This document shows positions 10,327 through 18,176 of a stretch of DNA of 64,000 bases, in pieces (positions within the stretch are counted from its first letter, which is position 1; each line of letters opens with the position of its first letter). Source of the DNA: a virus; IMG/VR virus record IMGVR_UViG_3300010391_000021, positions 6,119-70,118 of that record; one strand, 5' to 3'. Under the pieces are notes generated by a model. It did not search any database. It worked only from the letters and a program-made list of their open reading frames with translations, and had not been told where the DNA came from. A program made the position numbers and the translations under genes.

Positions 10327-10989
10327 ATGCCAGCCGACAACGTATTAGGTGACATGGTAAGTGCCGCGATAAAAGCCTGGAAGACCGGAGCCGTAAAAAC
10401 GGGGTATGAAGAAGCCCCCAAAGCCGGAAGAGCCTATGGCGAAAAAATAAAAATGGCGCGAGAAGCTCTCAGACCTCTTGCTCCTGAACCAGAACCGATG
10501 ACGCCTGTTATGCCCGGAGCCGGAGTGGATAAGATCAATCCAAAAGCCGCCAAATACGGGGATAGGCCCGGAGAAAAGCGCCCCGAAACTATGGGCACTT
10601 TCAAAAAAGGCGGAGAAGTTCCTAAAACGGGCGTGTACAAAATGCACAAGGGAGAGCAAGTTATGACTCCCGAGCAGAAAAACAAAATGCGCGATATGCT
10701 CAGTTTGGCCGAATCGACTCTTGGGCACGATGCACCCCCAGAACCCCAAAAACCCCCCAAGGAAGGCAGGGCGATGCACGTCCGCAAGCTGGATGATAAA
10801 AGCTTTCATATTCGGCACGAGCATACACATCCAATGGATCACCCAGATGCGGAATATTCGGCCAAAGATTTGAAAGAACTGCATAAACACATGGACGACC
10901 ATTGGGGTGAGGCAAAAGAAACTCCTATGGAGGAATCCCAAGAATCACCCAAAGTAGCGATGGCCGAAAAAGCAGCCGGAGTAGAATAA
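10327..10989 (+). CDS. Hypothetical protein (Pro/His/Met-rich)
   Basis: ORF with RBS upstream of the terminase. Confidence 0.6.
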   Translation: MPADNVLGDMVSAAIKAWKTGAVKTGYEEAPKAGRAYGEKIKMAREALRPLAPEPEPMTPVMPGAGVDKINPKAAKYGDRPGEKRPETMGTFKKGGEVPKTGVYKMHKGEQVMTPEQKNKMRDMLSLAESTLGHDAPPEPQKPPKEGRAMHVRKLDDKSFHIRHEHTHPMDHPDAEYSAKDLKELHKHMDDHWGEAKETPMEESQESPKVAMAEKAAGVE

Positions 10990-11114
10990 GGAGAATCGTG
11001 TTTTTAGTTTACATGGCAATTGGATTTGTATTGGGTGCCGCGTTTCCTGGCGTCATCCGCAAGATTCGCGAATACGCGCAAGCAAAGGCAGCAGACGCTA
11101 AAAAAAGACTGTAA

Positions 11115-12914
11115 ATGGGACAAGAGAAACTAACAGAGCAGTTCAAAAAGGAAGTCTTAACTCCGTGGTGGGCAAAAAACGCCTACCGAGTCAAAGAAGA
11201 ATATGGTTTTGATTTAGCGGAAGAAGGATTGAAATTGCGCTACAGAGCGCAAACAGACCTTTTTTGGCTCTGTAATATTCTCGGCAAAACGAAGTTACGC
11301 GGAAAAAGAAAGTGGAAAGATTACGAAATAGACACCCACCAAGAGATGGTGGATTTATTCGTATCTAAAGACCCGTCCTACCGTTCTTTCGAAGAATTTG
11401 CTGTAGCGGACAAGAAACCACATAACAGACTGTTGCTCGTTCCTCGTGGCGGATATAAAAGCACAATAGATATTGTTGATTGTGTTCAGTGGACGGTCTG
11501 CTTTCCAAATATCGCCATGCTGGTATTAACAGGCCGTCTTGATCTCGCTGTTAAATTTGTCGGCGAATATACCAAATATTTTACTTTGCAAGAAGACCGA
11601 ACTCCGAGAATAATGGACGACGGAAAAATAAGTCTTTTTCAAGTCCTATTTCCAGAACACCTGAGTACGGAAAATGAAACTAAACGGGATGAGTATACGA
11701 CTCCGGCCCGAAGAGCGGATATTAAAGAGCCGACAATATGGGCCGCAAGTATTGAGCAGAGTCTTGCAGGATTTCACTTTGACGTTCTGAAACTAGACGA
11801 TGTAGTTACAGAAGAAAATTCCAAAACACAAATCAGATTGCAAGACATCAATCGTCGTGTAAGCGTTGATGAAGCCATGCTACACCCCTACGGCTACTAC
11901 GATAAAATAGGGACCTGGTACGACATCAGCGATTTATACGGCATCACGCTCAAGAATGAGGAAGTTCTAAAAGCGGATGGAAGAGAACCAGAAACGCTAT
12001 CTTTAGTTCGGGCGGCTTTATGGTTGAAACCTGAAGCAATCGCAAAAAGTGTTACGGAAGATACCGCTAAAGAAGACGATTACATGATATGGTTTCCTGA
12101 AGGTTTGACATACGATTTCTTGATGTCAAAGAAACGGTCAAATCAAGAAACTTTTGCAATCAAGTATCTCAATAATCCTTTAGCCGCACATATAGCAAAA
12201 TTCTCCCGAGAATTAATGGTTTCTCGGACAGTAGATACTTTGCCCCAATCCGGTGTTGTATTCGAAGCGTGGGATTTGGGATACTCCGAGAAGAAATCGG
12301 CGTGCTATACGGTTGGCATCGCGGGAATGTTTACCAGCCAAGGTATTTACATTATTGACATGGAGCGGGGCCGATACGGAGAGTATGAACTGCCGGAAGT
12401 AATGGCAGCGTTTGCCGCGAAATGGAAGCCGCGCCGCGTAGCTGTAGAAGATTCGATGGGTGCTCGGTGGTTGAACACCGGGATTCGTCAAGCGCAGGAA
12501 AAGTTTAGAACGCACATTCCTTTTGAATTTGTTCCGCTCGGCAAGGGAACTAAGACAAACTCCAAGGAAGTAAAAGCAAAAGGCGCGGCAAATCTTCTGG
12601 GAAGCGGGCGGTTGTTTTTCTGGAAAGCAATGGCGGGGTTGGGTGAAATTTACAACGAACTTGAATCCTTCCCCAAAGGGGCGTATAAAGACATCGTTTG
12701 TTCGTTGTCTTTGCTCGTAAATCACTTCTCAAATTACGCAGATATTTCAGTATACACCCCGATCAGTATCAATGACCGGATGGATAGAGTAAAACACGAC
12801 ATGATCTACGGTTTGGGGGCGTTTGCTCCGAAAGTTCAAGACTCTACATTAATTGCTCTGCAAGGACCGAATGAGATGGATCGCGATCCTATAACAGAGG
12901 CAGGATTATTTTGA
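11115..12914 (+). CDS. terL: Terminase large subunit
   Basis: Walker A region LLLVPRGGYKST, Walker B LKLDD, RNase H-fold WDLGYS and FPKGAYKD; lies upstream of the portal. Confidence 0.88.
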   Translation: MGQEKLTEQFKKEVLTPWWAKNAYRVKEEYGFDLAEEGLKLRYRAQTDLFWLCNILGKTKLRGKRKWKDYEIDTHQEMVDLFVSKDPSYRSFEEFAVADKKPHNRLLLVPRGGYKSTIDIVDCVQWTVCFPNIAMLVLTGRLDLAVKFVGEYTKYFTLQEDRTPRIMDDGKISLFQVLFPEHLSTENETKRDEYTTPARRADIKEPTIWAASIEQSLAGFHFDVLKLDDVVTEENSKTQIRLQDINRRVSVDEAMLHPYGYYDKIGTWYDISDLYGITLKNEEVLKADGREPETLSLVRAALWLKPEAIAKSVTEDTAKEDDYMIWFPEGLTYDFLMSKKRSNQETFAIKYLNNPLAAHIAKFSRELMVSRTVDTLPQSGVVFEAWDLGYSEKKSACYTVGIAGMFTSQGIYIIDMERGRYGEYELPEVMAAFAAKWKPRRVAVEDSMGARWLNTGIRQAQEKFRTHIPFEFVPLGKGTKTNSKEVKAKGAANLLGSGRLFFWKAMAGLGEIYNELESFPKGAYKDIVCSLSLLVNHFSNYADISVYTPISINDRMDRVKHDMIYGLGAFAPKVQDSTLIALQGPNEMDRDPITEAGLF

Positions 12915-12943
12915 CTGTTCAGTTCTGAACAAGGAGATTCCAA

Positions 12944-13216
12944 ATGCCAGTTTCAACCGTTACACCGGCCAATATTATCAGCACGACCCGTACTGCGGCT
13001 ACAAATGCCGCAAGCAGCACAGCGACCCCGTATGATTCCGGAACAATCACAACTTGGGCGCTACCAGGAAAACCCGCGCAAAAACTCGTGGATGGAACCC
13101 AGAGTTATTCGACTCTAAAGGGTCAAGTATTTGCCGACTTCGCGAGTTCAAACATTCTCGCAACGGCGACTACTTCTCTTTCTACGCAAGAAGGCACTCC
13201 CCGCCAAAACGACTAA
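12944..13216 (+). CDS. Small Thr-rich putative virion protein
   Basis: AAGGAG RBS; 90 aa. Confidence 0.55.
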   Translation: MPVSTVTPANIISTTRTAATNAASSTATPYDSGTITTWALPGKPAQKLVDGTQSYSTLKGQVFADFASSNILATATTSLSTQEGTPRQND

Positions 13217-13485
13217 TGGAGCGCGATTCCAAAAGAGGCGAACGCTTGGCAGGGTGGACGCACTTCGCGTTCTCCGCTCTATACTTTCTGGCTCTTTTAT
13301 GGCATTTGAAATCCATTAAAGAGCATTGGTCAAGATGAAGCAAGTCTCGGCGTATACGAAGGACGAGAATGGCGAAGAAAGATTTTTCACTCGCTTATCT
13401 TGCGGGTGCGAATTTCCCGTTCCGCCTTCGGTGCTCTTTGAAAAAGACGTTCCCTGCCCGTTACATGAAGAACAAAGGTATCTAA

Positions 13486-15570
13486 ATGGCTCTGATTAAT
13501 CGAGATGGCAATCCGAACAAAGTCCTCGAAGGGACCGATTTCACTAATCAAGGTGAAACCAAGACCATTGAAGATGACTTAGCTCTTGTCGTGGGGTGTG
13601 CTGAAAAATCAGAATCTTGGATTAGTTCGAAACAATGGAACCTCTTATGGCGCGATGCGGACCTGCTCTTCCAAAGTCCGCGTCCCATGTCTGTTTACGA
13701 AAATACTTATGTATTAGAACCAAACGTCACCCGTTTCACCGTCGCCAAAGTAGTAAACGCTATCGTTCCCCAACTCTACAAAGGTCTTTTCTTTGAAGAC
13801 CCGCCAATGGTCTTACGCCCTCGTCCGGGGACTTCCCAAGAAATCACTGACGCCAAAACCGCTGTAATAGCTTTTCTTCTTGACGAATGCAATTTCAAAC
13901 GCGAAGTCAAGTGGGGGTTGGAGCAACTTGCCCATTTGGGAACTGGAATTTGGAAATGGGGAGTAGAGAGAGTAGAAAAAGAAACTCGTCGCCGTCTCAG
14001 CACTGAGATTTCGATTGAAGGAGTCGCGGGGCAAACAGAAAAAATAAGTCTTGACGAAGACCCCAAGATTGATATCAAGACCAAGACTGTTTGGAAGCCC
14101 TTCTTCGAATTCAGACCTCTTAGCCGCGTTCTTGTCGATCCAGGTCTAAAAGTCGGGGATATTCGCGAAGCTGGATATGTAATCGACGTTCGTTACATGG
14201 ATTTCTACCAGCTTAAAGACCTGAAAGACAACAACTCCAAAGACGGCAAAGCGATGGACGGATGGACTTGGGGCGAATATTATTCTGATGCAAAATTAAA
14301 AGAACTTTGGAATCCGCCCGTTGAGGGTTTGGAGACTCCCGGCCCGCTCCGTACCGATGTACAGACGCAAGTTACGGGCATTGTCCACCACGGCGAAGAG
14401 GACGTATACACCAACAGCGCAGACCCTCTCGCCAAGAAATTGGAAGTTCTGGAGTATTGGGATAAGCGCCGGAAAATTCTTGTTCTAAATCGTAGAAAAG
14501 CAATCTTTATCGGCGAGAATGGGTTCAAGAAAATCTGTTTCCTGTCCGCCAATTGGTGGAACCGTCCCAAAGCCTTTTATGGCATGGGCATTGGTCTGAC
14601 CGTTGGGCAAAACCAGCGTGTAGATCAGGGCACAATCAACAGTATTCTGAAGATTCTAAGTTTCGGCGTAAATCCTATTTATTTGCGGAGCCGGGATTCA
14701 AACTCTCCAACCCAGATGATCCGGACAGGAATCGGTAAGATTCTCACAGTTGATGGTGCGGCAACTGGCGCTTTCCACCTTCTTGAGACTCCGAAAGTCC
14801 CTGCCGAAACGTGGGCGGCATTACAGAATTCAGAAGCGAATACGGAATCGACTACTGGCGCGGATCAGGCTTTGGTGCAGGGATCGACCGCAGGCCCGCG
14901 CACGGGTATGGGGCGCTCGGCAGCCGGAGCAAACCATCTTGCGTCCGCATCCGCTACTCGTCTTGATGGGCCGTTAGACAATTTTATCGATCAGGTCTTT
15001 GTGCCGTTCCTTTATGTTCTGGACGATTTGGTATTCAACTACCTATCCGATCAGGAAATCAAGGACATTCTAGGAGAAGAACTTGGCAAAGAATATGTAG
15101 TAAAAATGCAGGAATACCACGATGCAAAAGTCATGTTCGAAGTCCTTGCCGGTTCGAGTCTTGCAGCGAAGCGCGTAATGGCACAGTCTTTGACCCTGAT
15201 TACTCAGATTCTACAGAATCCGGAGATTCAGACTTTCTTGGCCGAAGTACAAGGCAAATACATCGATTGGGAAGTCATCCTCGGTATGTGGCTCGAAGCT
15301 TCCGAATGGAAGGATCGTCAGGATGTTGTCAAACCGATGACTCCTGAAATGAAGGCGGCGTTGCAAGCAAAACAACAACAGCAAGCGACTTCTGCTTTAC
15401 AAACTCAGATGACTCTGAACGACCAGAAAGCGCAGCAAAAGTCGCAAATGGAGGATCAAGCGGCAGATAATCGAGTAAAGCGGGACATCGTTCGTCAAGC
15501 CATGAAGTCGCAGTCCATGAGTATGGCGGTTGAAGGCGCTCCGGCTGAACGCGGATTCGGGGATATTTAA
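13486..15570 (+). CDS. Portal protein (P22-like)
   Basis: 694 aa between terL and scaffold; GTGIWK, FYGMGIG motifs and a Gln-rich C-terminal coiled coil. Confidence 0.8.
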   Translation: MALINRDGNPNKVLEGTDFTNQGETKTIEDDLALVVGCAEKSESWISSKQWNLLWRDADLLFQSPRPMSVYENTYVLEPNVTRFTVAKVVNAIVPQLYKGLFFEDPPMVLRPRPGTSQEITDAKTAVIAFLLDECNFKREVKWGLEQLAHLGTGIWKWGVERVEKETRRRLSTEISIEGVAGQTEKISLDEDPKIDIKTKTVWKPFFEFRPLSRVLVDPGLKVGDIREAGYVIDVRYMDFYQLKDLKDNNSKDGKAMDGWTWGEYYSDAKLKELWNPPVEGLETPGPLRTDVQTQVTGIVHHGEEDVYTNSADPLAKKLEVLEYWDKRRKILVLNRRKAIFIGENGFKKICFLSANWWNRPKAFYGMGIGLTVGQNQRVDQGTINSILKILSFGVNPIYLRSRDSNSPTQMIRTGIGKILTVDGAATGAFHLLETPKVPAETWAALQNSEANTESTTGADQALVQGSTAGPRTGMGRSAAGANHLASASATRLDGPLDNFIDQVFVPFLYVLDDLVFNYLSDQEIKDILGEELGKEYVVKMQEYHDAKVMFEVLAGSSLAAKRVMAQSLTLITQILQNPEIQTFLAEVQGKYIDWEVILGMWLEASEWKDRQDVVKPMTPEMKAALQAKQQQQATSALQTQMTLNDQKAQQKSQMEDQAADNRVKRDIVRQAMKSQSMSMAVEGAPAERGFGDI

Positions 15571-16403
15571 TGAGCGGAGAAATGAAAGGTGTTGACGGAA
15601 CCGCCAAAAGTGGGTTCGTTCAAAACTCGGAAAATAAAGGTCCCAGAACTTGCGGCAATTGTGTATGGATGGGAATGGAGAGTTGTGGCAATGAATTAGT
15701 TATTCTCGATCCCGAAGTTCCCAAAAACGAAGATGGTAGAGCGCCCGTCGATAAAGACGATTGCTGTAACGGATTCCAATCCAAAGGCAACGCAATCATC
15801 TATGCAGTTCGTCACGGAAGAACACAAAACAACAAAGACAAGAAATTCCGGGGATGGATTGAAGTTCCGATTGATTCTCAAGGAGTCAAAGAAGGAAAAC
15901 TAGCCCGCAAATATTTAGAAGACAAGGGCATCAAAAGAGTGTTTTGTTCAGACATGGGGCGGGCGGTTGAAACTGCAAAACTTGTACTGCCGAGCAAGCG
16001 GGCGGAAAAAAATCCGAAACTTCGCCCTTGGGATGTTGGTATTTTCTCCGGCAAAGAAAGAGATGCCGCCCAAGAAATCTTCAATAAATTTATCGATAAT
16101 CCCGAAGTTCCCATTCCAGACGGAGAATCCTTAAAAGAATTCTCTGATCGGATGAAGAAAGAAATTACCAAATACATAAAGGAAGCGCAAGAAGACGGTT
16201 CTATCCTTTTAGTATTTCATAGTTCTAATTGCATACAGATGGAAAAGATCATCGAAGGCAAAGACGAATTGGGTCGTCCCGAAGATGTTGATAGGGTATT
16301 GCCCGGTGGAATTATGTGTGTTTTAGACCAAGGCGATGCGGGGTTGAAAGTAGAAGTTATTTTTGGATCACAACCGGAAAAGCCGGGAAATTACGGGAGT
16401 TAA
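15570..16403 (+). CDS. Histidine phosphatase (phosphoglycerate mutase family) with an N-terminal Cys-rich domain
   Basis: VRHG, SDMGRAVETA, GES and VFH motifs; N-terminal CGNC..C..CC. Confidence 0.85.
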   Translation: MSGEMKGVDGTAKSGFVQNSENKGPRTCGNCVWMGMESCGNELVILDPEVPKNEDGRAPVDKDDCCNGFQSKGNAIIYAVRHGRTQNNKDKKFRGWIEVPIDSQGVKEGKLARKYLEDKGIKRVFCSDMGRAVETAKLVLPSKRAEKNPKLRPWDVGIFSGKERDAAQEIFNKFIDNPEVPIPDGESLKEFSDRMKKEITKYIKEAQEDGSILLVFHSSNCIQMEKIIEGKDELGRPEDVDRVLPGGIMCVLDQGDAGLKVEVIFGSQPEKPGNYGS

Positions 16404-16409
16404 GAATCT

Positions 16410-16718
16410 ATGGTTGGGCCGGATTATAAAATTTCAGAAGCGGAACGAACCCACTTAGTTGGTCTCAGCACGCAGCCGGGTTTCCAAGTTCTGCTTAACA
16501 TTTGCGAAGCCACTGTCGAACAATTTAAAGTAGACATGATTAATGCCGACTGTACGAATACGGCGGAAGTTTTGTCGTAGCATAATTTGGCCAAAGCCGC
16601 TGCGATGTTTTGGGCGAGAGTAGCCAACCGAGTCAATACCGAGCAACAGATTTATCTCGGCCAAAAGCAATCTGCCGAGATTCAGCCGGATGTTACTGCT
16701 GAACTTTTTAGCAATTAA
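16410..16718 (+). pseudogene. Head-module gene (102 codons) interrupted by one in-frame TAG at 16578-16580
   Basis: Hand translation MVGPDYKISEAERTHLVGLSTQPGFQVLLNICE...EVLS*HNLAKAAAMFW...ELFSN fills the gap up to the scaffold gene. Confidence 0.6.
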
Positions 16719-16755
16719 AGACCCTAATCTATAACCATAATTGGAGATGTTATTT

Positions 16756-17625
16756 ATGCCTGAAGAAATTGTTCCAGCACCAGAAGTTGCGGTAGTTCCT
16801 GAACCGCCTAAAGAATTTCGATACGAATACCAGCCAAAGGATGAAAGCGGAAATCCGTTAGGCAATAAACAGGTCGTGATCGCGACTACGCCAGAAGAGG
16901 CGGTAGAAAAAATCGCGCAAATGCACCAAGAAGCGATCAAGTTTATTCGTAAACAGAGTCGCGACCTCCGTCTTGGAGTGGTGTTCAACGATGAAATCCC
17001 ACAAGACGCCCCTCGTGTCAAGGCAGGGCAGTACGAGATTGAACCCATTCCTTTGACCGCAGAAGAAAGATTAGAAGTAACTCAGAACATCAACGATCCA
17101 GAGAATTTTGAGAAAGCTGCGCGGCTGATTGTTCGAAGTCAGATTGGTGATCCAGACGCCGTTCGCGCAGTAGTTGGAGATCAGAAACGCAGAATCGCGG
17201 CGATTGACGCCCGCGAACAAGCAGAAGCTTTCGTCCGGTCAACTCCTGATTATTTTGTATGCCCGCAGAATTTTGAAACTATCGCCAACTGGATGATTAA
17301 AAATGATCTTGAGCCGGTTAAGGCAAACTTCAAACTTGCTTTCGAGGGTCTCAAAGAGTATTTGGTTTCGCGTCCGGTTGTGGAGCCTGTTGTTCCTGCT
17401 CCAGTTCCAACACCTGTTGCAGCGCCGGTTGCAGAAACGCCTGCTGCGGTTGCTTCTGAATCGAAACGTCCCGTATCATCGGGACTGACCCGCGAGAATT
17501 CTTCGGACAGCGGCCCCGTATCCAAAAAAGGATACACCCCCGCCGAGATCGATAAGATGTCGGCAGATGAATACAAGCAGAAGGTTTTAGTGCCGGAATT
17601 CAGAGCGAGTCGGCAGAAGGCGTAA
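16756..17625 (+). CDS. Capsid scaffolding protein
   Basis: Acidic helical protein with a Pro/Ala linker and C-terminal IDKMSADEYK, upstream of the MCP; GGAG RBS. Confidence 0.7.
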   Translation: MPEEIVPAPEVAVVPEPPKEFRYEYQPKDESGNPLGNKQVVIATTPEEAVEKIAQMHQEAIKFIRKQSRDLRLGVVFNDEIPQDAPRVKAGQYEIEPIPLTAEERLEVTQNINDPENFEKAARLIVRSQIGDPDAVRAVVGDQKRRIAAIDAREQAEAFVRSTPDYFVCPQNFETIANWMIKNDLEPVKANFKLAFEGLKEYLVSRPVVEPVVPAPVPTPVAAPVAETPAAVASESKRPVSSGLTRENSSDSGPVSKKGYTPAEIDKMSADEYKQKVLVPEFRASRQKA

Positions 17626-18029
17626 TGATTCGGCGGTACGAATCTCGCGACTTCGAAGATGTTGACTTCTTGCAACGTGATTTCTATCTTCGCCCCGCAA
17701 CTCAAGAAGAATTGCGGGGCAAGTTAGAAAACCCCTCGTGGGTAGCGGACGAAGATGGTGTTATTGGCTGCTTGATAACTTGTCCAGATGCGGACAAAAC
17801 TCTGATCTGGAGTGTAATCGTTGCCCGCCCCTGTCGCGGGAAAGGAATCGGCTCGGCGTTATTAGAAGCGGCAGAATCGTTCTATTATGGAACTAAATTG
17901 ACGCTCTATGTAGAACCAACCAATCCTGCCAAGAGTCTGTATGAGAAACGCGGATATCGAGCCGCGCAACTAATAAAAGGATTTTACGGCAAAGGGTATG
18001 ACGCCGTAGAGATGTACAAAATTTGCTAA
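17625..18029 (+). CDS. GNAT (RimI-like) acetyltransferase
   Basis: RGKGIGSALL and NPAKSLYEKRGY motifs. Confidence 0.88.
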   Translation: MIRRYESRDFEDVDFLQRDFYLRPATQEELRGKLENPSWVADEDGVIGCLITCPDADKTLIWSVIVARPCRGKGIGSALLEAAESFYYGTKLTLYVEPTNPAKSLYEKRGYRAAQLIKGFYGKGYDAVEMYKIC

Positions 18030-18170
18030 GAACGCGGATTACGTTCGAGGCCCCAACGTTTGCGTGAGGGATTCACTTCGGGTTCTCAGCCCAAAGCCTC
18101 AACCTATCTGATCGGATTATCAGAGCGGACGGCGCATAAGAGCAGCTTCGGCTGAACTTAATTAAGAAGG
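18030..18170 (+). promoter_or_regulatory. Structured 5' leader of the major capsid gene
   Basis: Hairpins gaacg-CGGATTA-cgttc, gtga-GGGAT-tcac, ctgat-CGGATT-atcag and cagc-TTCG-gctg just before the AAGG RBS. Confidence 0.5.
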
Positions 18171-18176
18171 TAAACT

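Noticed and set aside
16420-16426. CGGATTA as a genome-wide late promoter (also at 7001 and 18210)
   Set aside because: These copies lie in coding sequence or in stems; only the loop-displayed copies were kept
10345-17705. Long antisense ORFs such as 10345..10941, 12213..12725, 16455..17048 and 17250..17705
   Set aside because: They are shadows of well-supported + strand genes and carry no motifs
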